Source: Podarcis tiliguerta (lineage: Eukaryota). Taken from it: 64,000 nt of DNA. Position numbers and translations under genes: made by a program. Location: assembly GCA_965153285.1 (NCBI GenBank), contig OZ229111.1. The stretch is one strand, 5' to 3'. Every line of letters starts with the position of its first letter. Position 1 is the stretch's first letter. The notes beneath the pieces are model-generated. The model was not told where the DNA came from. It was given only the letters and a program-made list of their open reading frames with translations, and did no database searches. Of the stretch, positions 12,903 through 24,368 are shown one piece after another.

Positions 12903-13038
12903 CAGCCTTCCTCAACCTCAGCCCTCCTGATGTTTTTGGCCAACAACTCCCATGATCCCTAGCTAGCAGGACCAGTGGTCAGGGATGATGGGAATTGTAG
13001 TCTCAAAACATCTGGATGGCCGAGGTTGAGGAAGCCTG
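12903..13038. mobile_element. Palindromic hAT-type MITE (ACTACA core family)
   Basis: TIR CAGCCTTCCTCAACCTC / GAGGTTGAGGAAGCCTG; same hairpin core; TSD degenerate. Confidence 0.85.
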
Positions 13039-13146
13039 ATATAGCATACAGTGCCCATGATGCAGTGCAACTGCCAAAGAAGCACACATGTGAGAACCTA
13101 TAACCATTAATGCAGCTGTAGGCCTACGCAGCCCATGATGAAAATA

Positions 13147-13285
13147 CAGTTGGTAGAGCATGAGACTCTTAAGCTTAGGGTCATGGGTTCGAGTCCCACA
13201 CTGGGCAAAAAAGATTTGTGCATTGCAAGAGGTTGGACTAGATGATCTTGGAGTCCCTTCCAACTCTACAATTCCATGATTCTAC
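13147..13285 (+). mobile_element. tRNA-Lys(CTT)-headed SINE with CR1-type tail (5'-clipped)
   Basis: GGTAGAGCATGAGACTCTTAA...GGGTTCGAGTCCCACACTGGGC tRNA-Lys-like head plus the same tail as 11281 and 16728. Confidence 0.82.
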
Positions 13286-13505
13286 ATGTGCATGTAAAAA
13301 AAGAACCAGAGCCTAACTTACTTTGTTACATCAAAATAAGCATAATTACTTGAATTGTTTGGAGGACTGACAAGCCACTTCAGGAATGGGCAATTTTGAG
13401 GAAAGAAGCAATTCAAATGCAGTGCTTAGCCTTTTCCTGAGCCATGTTTCTCTATTCCATTTTGACTCCAAGCCACTGTTCCTCCAATGGGGTTATAAGC
13501 ATATG

Positions 13506-13745
13506 CAGTGGTACCTCTGGTTATGAACTTCATTCGTTTCGGAGGTCCGTTCTTAACCTGAAATCGTTCTTAACCTGAGGTACCACTTAAGCTAATGGGG
13601 CCTCCCGCTGCCGCCACCGCCACTGCACGATTTCTGTTCTCATCCTGAGGTAAAGTTCTTAACCCTAGGTACTACTTCCGGGTTAGCGGAGTCTGTAACC
13701 CAAAGTGTTTGTAACCCAAGGTGTTTGTAACCCGAGGTACCACTG
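13506..13745. mobile_element. Tigger-like MITE
   Basis: TIR CAGTGGTACCTC / GAGGTACCACTG. Confidence 0.88.
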
Positions 13746-13924
13746 TATTTGTCAGATGTGGAACTTCTGGGGAAGAGATAGTGGCATGCATAGAAAGAGT
13801 TAAACGACACACACAGAGCCTGCCACTATTTTTCACTAAAGTGTCCCCTCCTTTTCTTTTAAAAACTGGTTTCATTTGTGTGTAGTGTTTCATTAGATCC
13901 CCAAGCCAGCAATTTCAGCTCCCT

Positions 13925-13963
13925 GAAGAGTCGGACACAACTAAACGTCTAAACAACAACAAC
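13925..13963 (+). mobile_element. RTE/BovB-like 3' terminal stub
   Basis: AAGAGTCGGACACAACTAAACG followed by (CAA)n, resembling the RTE-BovB 3' end; very short. Confidence 0.5.
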
Positions 13964-14429
13964 AGAAGAAACAGCACCACATGTGGAAGAACCCATAATT
14001 GCTGAATGGGCAGAACTATTTCCTACAGAGATTTGCTGCTCGGGATTAGGAAAGCAGGACTGAAAGCAGACTTTCACACAACCTTAACAGTGGATAGTGG
14101 AGGCCACCATCTGTGGTGCAAGTCATAAACACAAGAGTTCACAGAGTCCAATTGTTTGTGACTGGGGTGGAATCTACACATGTGTTAAAAATGTGAAAAT
14201 GCTTTTTAAAAACTGTTTTAGCTCACGGTCATCATCTAGTGTCACAATTGTATACTGCACTTTACAACACATTCAAAACATTTTATTTGCAGCTGTATAG
14301 CTGAGTCTCTAGCGATGTATCAAGGTTGTGTAATGGAGGCACAGGGCCAATCTTGTTTGGACTGGTTTCTGATGAATATGAGAAGATAACTGAGTGATTT
14401 TAATTTAATATAGCAATCTTTTATTTTTC

Positions 14430-14800
14430 TTATGGATTTATAAGTTGCCTTCTACATGTGTGTCAAGGCGACTGACAAACATAGATAAACAGTTTTAGAA
14501 ACAGTTGAAAAATAACCGAAATTAGATTTAAAAACAATACACAATGAACATCTAAAGCCAGAGTCCTTTTCACCTGCCTGGAAAAGCTTGTCAACTGCAT
14601 TCAGTTGTTTCTGGAAAGTACAAATTGTGAGCACCTGCCATATCTTGGCAGGGGCAGCCACAATGAAAAGTCTGCTCCGAGTTCCTGTGGAAGGGGGTTC
14701 TGGTATATTTGGGACTCGTAGGAAAAACTGGTCTGCAGAATGCATTGACCTGCATGGTATATAAGGAATAAGGTAGTTTGTGGGCATCTATGGGCATTTC
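14430..14800 (-). mobile_element. Old L2 3' fragment
   Basis: Minus translation ...PYIPCRSMHSADQFFLRVP...RLFIVAAPA resembles L2 ORF2 C-terminus; boundaries approximate. Confidence 0.55.
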
Positions 14801-14992
14801 ATTGTGCTGTGGTTCAAGCTGCCATCACCTGAAGCAGGGCGGGGCTATAATATTGAAAAGGGAGAACTTCCAAATTGTTTCTATTGGTGGATGAGATTCA
14901 ATTCCATATCAGCGAATTCAGGTTGTGCAATTAATGTTGATTTGGGACTCCTCCAGAACAAATGCATTCTGCACACACACATGCCCCACAGT

Positions 14993-15339
14993 CAGGGCCG
15001 GATTTAGGTTTGATGAGGCCCTAAGCTATTGAAGGTAATGGGACCCTTTATATGTCCAGCTGTCCTTTGTCAACAACAAATTGTCACTGTTTCTTTTGTT
15101 GAATATATGCTATATGGTAATTTATGGACCTAATAGGTATCTAAAGCTATTTGCACATAACAAATAGGAGCCTACACAACACAAAACACTGTTGCTGTAG
15201 GTAGGTTTTATTTTATTTGTTTTTTTATCTTATATTTTGGAAATGTACATCCAATTTTTTTCTTTACCTTTCTTGGGGGCCCCCAAGAGAGTGGGGCACA
15301 AACTATAGCTTGTTTAGCTTATACCTAAATCCGATATTG
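14993..15339. mobile_element. hAT non-autonomous element
   Basis: TIR CAGGGCCGGATTTAGG / CCTAAATCCGATATTG; 8-bp TSD cccacagt / cctgcagt. Confidence 0.8.
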
Positions 15340-16748
15340 CCTGCAGTCAGATTTTGTGATGGGAATAACACTTGCTTGACACAATGGCACATAACTTGTG
15401 TACAAAGAAATCAAGAGGAACACTCCATAAAAAGCAACCAGAGAAACAAAATATGCCTTGTTGCTGCCTTGGCTATTCTTGCCTCATTTCTCCACCCCTT
15501 TAATACTCTTGTCTTGCTTTCTTGTGCTCCTTTAAAGTCCTTATTTATTTTTCTAAGGTCTTCTGCGGCAACAGAGATGGGGGTGGGGGGAGTGACCAGC
15601 TGCAGCACCGAGGGAATTCACCAAGCAGCTGTTGAAATACAGAGGCATCCCGGAAATGCTAGTACAAATATGCAACAGATTGTGGAGAATTATAACTGTG
15701 AGCAAGCAAATCTAACAAAGGGAAGCCAATGCACAGCTAATCGATAGGCAACTCTTATGAACAGGCTTATAGTTATATTATTTGAAGGACCCAGGAATTA
15801 TTTATCATTCAGTTATGTCTGCCACCCAAGAAAAAGTGGGTGCAAGCTGGTCCTGAAATGGGACCTGCTGCCTTCTGTTTTCTGACCACATCTACTACAA
15901 AATTAAAACTGGCTTTGAGTCATTCTGTCTTCTCCAAGAACTGTAATTCTGGGAAAGGGCAATAGAGATCTGTAATAGTGGGTTCTTAGCATCTCCGGGA
16001 ACCACAGCTACACCCTACTTCAGCAGCAGCAGTAGCAACATGGAAAGCGAACTGTTTTCCTGGGATTCTCTTATGATGCTGCTGCAATGTTTGAGGGCCC
16101 AGCACCTCACAGATGGGGTCCACCATCACACAGCTTCATCCCATGCAGTTGCCACATGTCATCATCATGCTCGGCATTCCTCGGGAGAAGGGAAACACTG
16201 AGAGTGGTGATATCATGCCACATGCCACGAGGGATAAATGTGGGCCTGCAAGGGCCACGCTCCCCCTGTCATTAGGCATTTACTTCTAAGGGAACAAGAC
16301 TAAGATCGGGCACGCATTACGACTGCTGTTTCCAAACAATGGTCTTTTGTAGGGCTGCTGGTTTCACGCAATGGGCTATGATTCTATACTATTGCTACTT
16401 TCTGGCAATGGTCTATGCGTTGGAAGCATCAGGTCTTTAGTGCTGCTCTTTCCCCAACAACCATGACTCAACTCCACCCAATTGGCGTCCTTGGGATCTA
16501 CAAAGGACATTCAGACTTGGTGCAACTACGTACATCAAAATCTACCACTTGGAAGTGAATAAGACCGGCTGCTTCTAAGCAAACTGCTGATATTTCCACA
16601 AATCAGTATCTTTCTGGAAGAACAGGCATGTACTACAAGACTCTTTGTTCTTATCCTGTCACCTGAGTGGCTTTCCCCGCAGCCGTGAGGATTTATTAGT
16701 TAGCAGAAAGTTGCTCCCACTATCTAAGGGATAGCTCAGTCAGTAGAG

Positions 16749-16885
16749 CAGCAGTTCTCAACCTGTGGGTCCCCAGATGTTGTTGGACTACAACTCCCAT
16801 CATCCCTGAGCTCTGGCCTTGCTAGCTAGGGGTGATGGGAGTTGTAGTTCAACAACATCTGGGGACCCCAGGTTGAGAAAGGCTG
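16749..16885. mobile_element. Palindromic hAT-type MITE (ACTACA core family)
   Basis: TIR CAGCAGTTCTCAACCTG / CAGGTTGAGAAAGGCTG; TSD cagtagag / caatagag. Confidence 0.9.
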
Positions 16886-16910
16886 CAATAGAGCATGAGA
16901 CTCTTTAATC

Positions 16911-17118
16911 CATGGGTAGGCAAACTAAGGCCCGGGGGCTGGATCTGGTCCACTCGCCTTCTAAATCCAGCATGTTTTACATGAGTAGAATGTGTGTTTT
17001 TATTTAAAATGCATCTCTGGGTTATTTGTGGGGCATAGGAATTCATTCCTCCCCCGCCCCAAATATAGTCTGAGGGACAGTGGACCGGCCCCCTGCTGAA
17101 AAAGTTTGCTGACCCCTG
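16911..17118. mobile_element. hAT (Charlie-like) non-autonomous element
   Basis: TIR CATGGGTAGGCAAACT / AGTTTGCTGACCCCTG; perfect TSD ctttaatc; related to 23051-23374. Confidence 0.9.
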
Positions 17119-17228
17119 CTTTAATCTCAGGGTCATGGGTTTGAGCCCCACATTGGACAAAAGATTCCTGCATTGCAGGGGGTTGGACTAGATGACCCTT
17201 GAGGTCCCTTCCAACTCTACATTTCTAT

Positions 17229-17432
17229 TAGGAAGTTGCTAGGATTTCAAAGGCAGAATTGGCATCTGGGGGGAATTTCTGAAAGGCCACGCTTTGTCCT
17301 GGATTTTAGCGTTTTTGTTTTTAAAAAAGCTCAGCAACTTTTGTGTTTTCCTAAGAAAAGCTCAACAATTTTAATGTGTTTTTTTACTTTTGGGGTGTCC
17401 TGGTTTTTACTTTTTGAAATATGGCAAACCTA
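17229..17432. mobile_element. hAT element with TAGGGTTGCCA-type ends
   Basis: Right end ATATGGCAAACCTA, degenerate left end TAGGAAGTTGC; flanks tttctat / tttctac; SINE tail resumes after it. Confidence 0.65.
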
Positions 17433-18055
17433 TTTCTACGATTCTGTGTTTACAGTCAAAGCCTCGTATGTACTGGGTGGTGTTATTTTGGAAATTCACT
17501 TCCCAGGCAGTAGGAGTGCATTTCTACAACTTCTTCTATCCCAGCCCCGTTTACCCATAAACCAAATGAGCCCTTAATTATAAGGAGCTGAAAAGCTCTG
17601 GCTATTTAAAAACATCTGTAAAGTAACCAGCAAGGCTGCTTTGGTTGCAGAGTGGGGGGGGGGGAGAGAAACAAGGCAGAAGTATGGATTTTTAAGGGAG
17701 AATGGGAGGATTTCAGGGAAGATATGGCTCTCCTTACGTGCCCACTGTAGGAAGTATTGACTTACCACCTAATGTGCTTTTGAAACCTGCTCTGTACAGT
17801 AGATACAGGCCTGCCTTTGAAGAGTATGCAGAAATTTCAGCTGGTGGAGTACGCAGTTGCTCAAGTCAGTTATGTAGACAGGTCCCTGGGAGTATGATTA
17901 CACAAGTGCTCCAGCTGAGAGAGGCATTATCCATCCTCAGTCACAACAAGCGGCCCCAGATAGAGCAGCACATTCCCACCTGCATTCAAAGATGTTTTCA
18001 GCCAGTTCTGGGGGACTCAGCTGAGCATCACTCAGCAGACACAGATGATGGACAT

Positions 18056-18260
18056 CAGGGCCGTTGAGGCAGGCAGCGGCTGGAGGGTGGCTCCTCCAGC
18101 GGGGAAGAGGCAGAGGCTCTGGGCACGGCACTGCTTTGGCGAGGGCAGTGAGCTGATGCTGGGAGGTGCCGCACCCAGCCGCCGCCTCTTCCCTGGCGCC
18201 CTCCAGAACTTGGTGCCCTGGCACCCTGCGCCACTAGCCTCTATGGGCAAGATGCCCATG
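18056..18260. mobile_element. GC-rich hAT MITE
   Basis: CAGGGCCGT start, GATGCCCATG end, perfect 8-bp TSD atggacat (18048-18055, 18261-18268). Confidence 0.75.
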
Positions 18261-18329
18261 ATGGACATCAAGAGGCATATTATTCACATTGGCTGCCAAC
18301 ATGGGAGCTTGCTTCTACATGGATTATGG

Positions 18330-18463
18330 CGTAGGTAGCCAATGTGGTGCTCTCCAGATGTTGCTAGATTGCAGCTCCCATCATTCTTGACCATTGGTGG
18401 CTAGGACTGATGGCTAGGAGTTGAAGTTGAGCAACATCTGGAGGGCAGCATGTTGACTACCTC
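18330..18463. mobile_element. Older palindromic hAT-type MITE (GGTAGCCAA ends); relatives near 47278-47404 and 54458-54587
   Basis: ggtagccaatgtggtgctctccagatgtt...aacatctggagggcagcatgttgactacc hairpin, diverged. Confidence 0.7.
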
Positions 18464-19120
18464 TTAATTAAGGGAGCAGTGGCAAATAGGCATTACGTCT
18501 GAATAAATCCAGGGATCATTTTGCCAACAAAACATAAACATGCAATGATTATTAACGGGGGGAATGTAGAGCTGGCTTAACTCTATAAAAAAACCAAGGA
18601 CCGATGCTGAAGACCAAAGATGATTCCCTCTGTTTCTGAAGTTCACGCTGTAAGTGCTGCTGCTGAGGTAGCCAAAAGCAATTGCGCAAAATTATTATTT
18701 ACTTGATTTAGATACCACGGCCCTTCATCAAAAGATCTCAGGGCGGTTGAAAAGATAAAAGAGCAAACAGTGGGCTCAAAGAATTCTGGGCGCTGTAATC
18801 TACCCCTCACAGAGTTACAATTCCCAGCAACTCTTAACAAAGGACAAGGCCCAGAAATGCTTGAGGGAAAGAATGTGCTCTCAATGTGCTGTGCAAGTCC
18901 AATGCATATGCAGCCACAGAGTGCCCATTAACCACAGAATCCTGGCTGACTGTGATGGAGAAACAGAAAACCAGGGGGAAGGAAAATGTACTGGAGGACC
19001 AGGAGTCCTGTACAGAGAGCACTCTATGCTGAAACCTTTTGTTGCAGGTCCTACTGGTATAGCCTAACTTATTTTTTGGTAACTTCATTTTGTGGGGTGC
19101 CATCTGAATGTTCTTTCAGC

Positions 19121-19557
19121 TAGGGATAGGGGAGAACTTCAATTCAGCTGGCACTGAAAGGTGAGCTTGCCCAATTTGCAGTTTACTAAACAATGCACAA
19201 GTTGAAACACCGCTGCCCTTCAAAATTGCACACTTACCCAGATTTCGCCCTGCAGCCATGTTATGCGCACCAAAAAATGCATATACTGTGGTAAAGTGTG
19301 CTTATAAGTGCATATGTTACTGAAAACAACATACAAAAATGCATCATATTGAGAAAAACAGATTTGCAAAAATATGTATATTTGGCCAAAAATGCTTGCA
19401 AAAATACATACAGTAAATTCACACAAAAATTCTAACATATTTTCATGAGGGCTTGCTTTTTTTTTTTTTTTTAAAGGAAAACTGGTGTAGAAATGTAGAG
19501 AACTGGGGGAAACGAGCAATCAAGAAAGATCAAAACTGACCAATTTGCCCATCCCTA
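19121..19557. mobile_element. hAT (Ac-like TAGGGATG ends) non-autonomous element
   Basis: TAGGGATAGG...CCCATCCCTA termini; TSD ctttcagc / ctttcacc; AT-rich interior. Confidence 0.8.
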
Positions 19558-20326
19558 CTTTCACCTAGGACCATTCAGTTAGATTCTGCTTTCCTCAGTT
19601 ACCAGCTGAAGAAGTTGTGTGGGGTGGGCTGGGGCAGGGAGAGGAACTGAATTATGAAGAGACTTTGGCAAACAAACTGAGCTCTCTGTTGTTGTTGTTT
19701 TTAAAAAAAGTTGCTGAGGCATGGCTCTCAATCCCTGAGTCCAGCAATACTGAATCTGCTCTTTAATAGTCCTTGATAGACAATATCCCTCTCATGAATC
19801 CTCAGAAAGGTACTGTGGATCAAAGGCAGACCATTAACAGCGGAGAAAATGTGGCACTGTGACCTGATGCAACACAATCTTCTGATTAGAATCATGACAT
19901 CTTTTTCGCAGGTGGGCATTGAGAAACTGCTAGCCAGCGTGTGAAAGGGACACTTTGTTCTTCTGGAGCTGAGAAGAGGCCCAGGGAGAAAAACAAGAAT
20001 GCCTTTCCCAATTCCCTTTTAAATAATCCTCAGGCAACGCTATGTGAGTTAATAGCAGCACATCTGGGCCATGTGAGTGAGACTAGGGGGGACTCAAAGG
20101 CAGCCTCTGTTGACATTATAATGCTGTAGTACCCTAGCGGGATGATGTGTAGATACTTTATGAATAAAGCAGTGTCATCCAGCTTTACTTCATTATGCCC
20201 ATCTGCAAAAAAAAATTATGAGGGCTCGTCCTTGTTCCTCTTTTAATAATCATGAAAAAAAGTTGTCCTGAGGCAGTGCTTCTTTTTTGGTTAAAAATGA
20301 GGTGCTGGGTGGTATTAATCATATCT

Positions 20327-20474
20327 CAGAGGATCCAACTCTCAGGGGTCGAGAGGGTCTTTGCCCCCCCCCCCAAATATTTTAGTCTTGAATGGCACTG
20401 CCATTCAAATGGTGTGTGTGCACCGCATCATGTGATGGTCCCCCCCCCCTATTTTATTCAAGTTGGCACCCCTT
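20327..20474. mobile_element. hAT MITE, apparently nested in another hAT remnant (~20274-20560)
   Basis: CAGAGGATCCAACT / AGTTGGCACCCCTT ends; perfect TSD tcatatct. Confidence 0.7.
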
Positions 20475-20565
20475 TCATATCTTGTCAAAAGTATTGTGGG
20501 TGTCAACACAAAATGGCTGCCATGGGCAACAATAAAAGAGGTGACTGTACTTCATACTATTGAGT

Positions 20566-20598
<33 letters not shown>

Positions 20599-20611
20599 TA
20601 CACACACACAC
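20566..20611. repeat. (CT)n/(CA)n microsatellite
   Basis: Directly visible dinucleotide runs. Confidence 0.9.
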
Positions 20612-20637
20612 CATTGCCCTTAGGCAAAGGAAATAGT

Positions 20638-20725
20638 CATAGCTGTCAACTTTTCCCTTCTTGCGAGGAATCCTATTTGGAATAAGGGAATTTCCCTTAA
20701 AAAAAGGGAAACGTTGACAGCTATG
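20638..20725. mobile_element. 88-bp hAT MITE (CATAGCTGTCAAC TIR)
   Basis: Perfect 13-bp TIR, perfect TSD gaaatagt; inverted sister copy at 41707-41796. Confidence 0.9.
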
Positions 20726-21731
20726 GAAATAGTAGAGGAAAAGGTTCCTCCATACTGGAATTACTTCATCTCCAAAAGTTAGACTGCTGAGCTGTATAAA
20801 TACATGCAGCCATGGACTGTGAAAAGAAATGTCAAGATTAACAGTGGCTTGTTGGCTTAGAAAGCTTGGGAATCAGAAATCTTATAGGTTAACATTTATT
20901 GAGCAAATCCAGCCTGGATGGTCTCAATAGGCAGCTCAAACATATTGAGTGAGGTTTCCCATAGAGCTTGAAGCACCTCACTCGGAGTCAACAAGAGCTG
21001 GACCCTTGACAAGGCTCCTAAGCTGCACTGCTATTGATCGGCCATTGTCCCCTGTGAAAGAAATCCTGCGCCCTGAAAGATACTTCCTGCTGTAGCTGCT
21101 CACCCCTGATGTAGAGATGCTAATCGGCTCTCTTGAAATGGGATGAATTTATCTCTCAGGCAAACAAGAACCAAAGGATCACAGGGCTGTGCTTGACCTT
21201 TTGCAAGCGTATTCAGCCACAAAAACTGCATTTCTGCATCTCATTTTGACTTGTTTTCTTCCATGCCTGCTTTCAGGTTTTTTGAACCTCCACCGCCCTC
21301 CCCCCCCCAAAAAAGAAAATCACCACCAAACCAAAAACAAAAACAGTGTGAATGGCTTCTCTTTCTGAAGTGGGAGCTTGAAGCCAAGCCTGGAGCCAGC
21401 TCGGAGAAAATTGCTGGAGCAAAGGGAAGCGACACAACAGCTCTTGGTGGTGCTTTTGCATTCCATAGCTAGGGAGAGCTGAGCTTTCCTGTCTTTTATT
21501 TTTAACTTTGTCCTGACCAGTCTTCCTGAGCCGGTTATAGTGATCCTCCAAAATAAAAATATTTGCTCACCTGCCGGCGCGTTTATTAGTGTGCTCATCA
21601 ATTAAACCTATTCAGATGATGCTGACATGCTGATTTTAGCTGCTATATTAGGGAAGTCCAATAAAAGCACCTTACCCATCTTGGGCTGGCAACGCCAATA
21701 CAGATATACACTGTGATAGCCATAAGACAGG

Positions 21732-21734
<3 letters not shown>

Positions 21735-21770
<36 letters not shown>

Positions 21771-21773
21771 TGT
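21735..21773. repeat. (TG)n microsatellite
   Basis: Directly visible. Confidence 0.95.
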
Positions 21774-21880
21774 GGGCAGGAAAGTGGTTTGCAAGCAGAA
21801 GTCTAATTAGGGAATTTGTCAGGTACAAGGGAGAGTAGCAGCGAAAGAGCTGGTCAAAGCATCCAGTTGTAAATGGGTTT

Positions 21881-22155
21881 GGAGCACTTCCAAATGGCTT
21901 GTTTATTGAGCATTCATCCTGATTTGTTTGCAGGGAGATTAGACTTAGTTGGCTAAGTCATGAGTATTCATTCTGATTTGTTTGTGGGGAGGTTGGAGAA
22001 TATTGCATCAAAGCAAGTGTTAACCCGCACTTTCTGCTGCCTATTCCAATCAATTTCCTTATTGCAAAAAGTCAAATTTTGGGGGAAGAGGGTGTGTCAG
22101 GATCCAATATGTGATTGAATCTCACCTGGAAATAGTGACAGTCTGGAAGTGTGCC
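21881..22155. mobile_element. Old MITE-like repeat (GCACTTCCA...TGGAAGTGT ends); diverged relative near 11670-11830
   Basis: Inverted ends plus shared internal gtttattgagcatt...gatttgtttgcaggga blocks. Confidence 0.5.
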
Positions 22156-22380
22156 TGGTCTGTTTTGTAAGAAAATGAATGCTCAATAACATCGAGAAAA
22201 TTATTATCCTGAGCTGGTCCATTAGCTAGTCAAAATAAACAAAAACAAAAAAACCGGTAAGAATCCACAAACGTGAATTGTCTTCTATTTTTTTAATGAG
22301 CACATAGCTTCCAGGGAGCCCAGGGCAACCCCATTGGCCAAGGTCACCTAGTGCTCTCTTGCGCGTTGGCCTTTTTTCTC

Positions 22381-22937
22381 TGTCTCACCAGAGTGGTGCA
22401 TGCTCTAGTTATCTGCTGCTTGGACTACTGCAATGTGCTCTACGTGGGGCTACCTTTGAAGGTGACCTGGAAACTACAGCTAATCCAGAATGTGGCAGCT
22501 AGACTGGTGACTGGGAGTGGCTGCTGGGACCATATAACACTGGTCCTGAAAGACCTACATTGCCTCCCAGGATGTTTCCAAGCACAATTCAAAGTGTTGG
22601 TGTTGACCTTTAAAGCCCTAAATGGTCTTGGCCCTGGATACCTGAAGGAGCGTCTCCACCCCCATCGTTCAGCCTGGACACTGAGGTCCAGCTCTGAGGG
22701 CCTTCTGGCAGTTCCCTCACTGTGAGATTACAGGGAGCCAGGCAGAAGGCCTTCCCAGTAGTGGTGCCTGCCCTGTGGAACGCCCTCCCACCAGATGTCA
22801 AGGAAATAAACAACTATCTGACTTTTAGAAGAGATCTGAAGACAGCACTGTTTAGGGAAGTTTTTAATGCTTGATGTTTTATCGTGTTTTTAATATTCAG
22901 TTGGGAGCAGCCCAGAGTGGCTGGGAAAACTCAGCCT
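22381..22937 (+). mobile_element. L2 LINE 3' end
   Basis: ORF VHALVICCLDYCNVLYVGLP...LQLIQNVAARLVTG...FKALNGLGPGYL is L2 ORF2 C-terminus, followed by 3' UTR ending cccagagtggctggg. Confidence 0.92.
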
Positions 22938-23050
22938 GACACAAACTAAAATGTCTTCAGTCTTTTCCCTCATAGTGTCCATGGCTTTGACAGTGCTCTC
23001 CTCATGCTATACACTTATCCACTCACTGTGAAACACAGGCAAAGGACAGG

Positions 23051-23374
23051 CAGGGGTGAGCAAACTTTTCAGCAGGGGGCCGGTCCACTGTCTTTCAGAC
23101 CTTGTGAGGGGGGCGGACTATATTTTGAAAAAAATAATAATGAACGAATTCCTATGCCCCACAAATAACCCAGAGGTGCATTTTAAATAAATGCACACAT
23201 TCTACTCATGTAAAAATACCAGGCAGGCCCCATAAATAACCCAGAGGTGCATTTTAAATAAAAGCACACATTCTATTTATGTAAAAACACGCTGATTCCT
23301 GGACCGTCTGTGGGCCGGATTTAGAAGGCAATTGGGCCTGATCCGGGCCCTGGACCTTAGTTTGTCTACTCATG
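23051..23374. mobile_element. hAT (Charlie-like) element with internal tandem duplication
   Basis: CAGGGGTGAGCAAACT / AGTTTGTCTACTCATG ends; opposite orientation to 16911-17118; ggcaaagg on both flanks (5 extra nt on the left). Confidence 0.85.
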
Positions 23375-24368
23375 GGCAAAGGGATCTTAAAAAGCAGCTG
23401 TGGTGCAGAGTAAGGGGTGTATGCCTGTGTCCTTGAGATCGAGTTGTATAAAGGTCTGCTTTTCCATGCAGGAAGCACAATCTGTGCCTCAATCTTCCCT
23501 TGTGATGATCACACACGTGTATTCACTGTCTAGAAACATTCTGGGAAGCCATAGCTATTTATTGCACGTGCAGTGGGCCCACAACCTGCATATACTTTAC
23601 ATATGCAACCTTACACGGAGGGATAAATGAATAAACGGAGAGAGAGGGAAAACCCAACATTCCCATACTTCATATATTTATTCTTTTCTCCACCCACACA
23701 CCCAGCAGGGCTTTTTTTGCTTGTTGAGCTCTGAGAAGGTCACACAAGGGTCCTGGGATGCTCCCAGAGCCTTCAAGCCTTCTTCCCAGAGCCCAGTAAT
23801 CAGCCCTCCACCTTGCCGGGGGGGGGGGTGTCTGGGGTTTCTGCTTTTGCATGCGGATCCCCAGGACCAAACCCTCGCGTAAGTAGTGAGCCAACTATAT
23901 AGGTGTGTTATCAAAGGTTCACCGGGTTAGCAAAAGCCTGTTGGTTTCATTTTCCTAATTCCAGCTGCTTCCCCATACAAGTCAATGTGTGGGTGAAATT
24001 AACTAGACCAGAGGTATAGCTTCTGGGTTAGTCAATTACAATCCCTAGGGAATCTTTGAAATAGATCAGAGAATCATAGAATGGTAGAGTTGGAACTGCC
24101 ATAAGCAGGGGATCTTCATCTTGTAGTCAGCTAGCCCTGAGCATACATCTCTAATTCAAAGCACTTTACAGATGGCCATGTACAGATGGCCTCTTAGGAC
24201 AACTTTGTCTCATGGCCAGACATGATGTGGTACACAGATAAGCCTTCAGCCACAATCTTTTTTGAGAAACAGATCAATCCGGCAGCCATCTTGCCACATG
24301 GAAAGGTTAAAAGCACATTAGCTGAAGAGAAGACTACAGAATATGACCCGGGTGGAGAAAGAACTTAG

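Larger units (their letters stand above)
16728..17448 (+). mobile_element. tRNA-Lys-headed SINE split by three DNA transposon insertions
   Basis: Removing 16749-16893, 16911-17126 and ~17229-17439 restores GGGATAGCTCAGTCAGTAGAGCATGAGACTCTTTAATCTCAGGGTCATGGGTTTGAGCCCCACATTGG + CR1-type tail. Confidence 0.85.

Noticed and set aside
13147-13210. Apparent tRNA-Lys gene (also tRNA-like sequences at 7309, 11281, 16728)
   Set aside because: Acceptor stems are broken or clipped and each runs directly into a LINE-derived tail; these are SINE heads.
15217-15747. 176-aa ORF
   Set aside because: Starts inside a hAT element at a non-ATG codon; no recognisable domain.
18032-18338. Overlapping GC-rich ORFs on both strands
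   Set aside because: They lie across a hAT MITE bounded by an 8-bp TSD; no splice context or recognisable protein.
22351-22725. 124-aa ORF
   Set aside because: Remnant of L2 ORF2, not a host gene.
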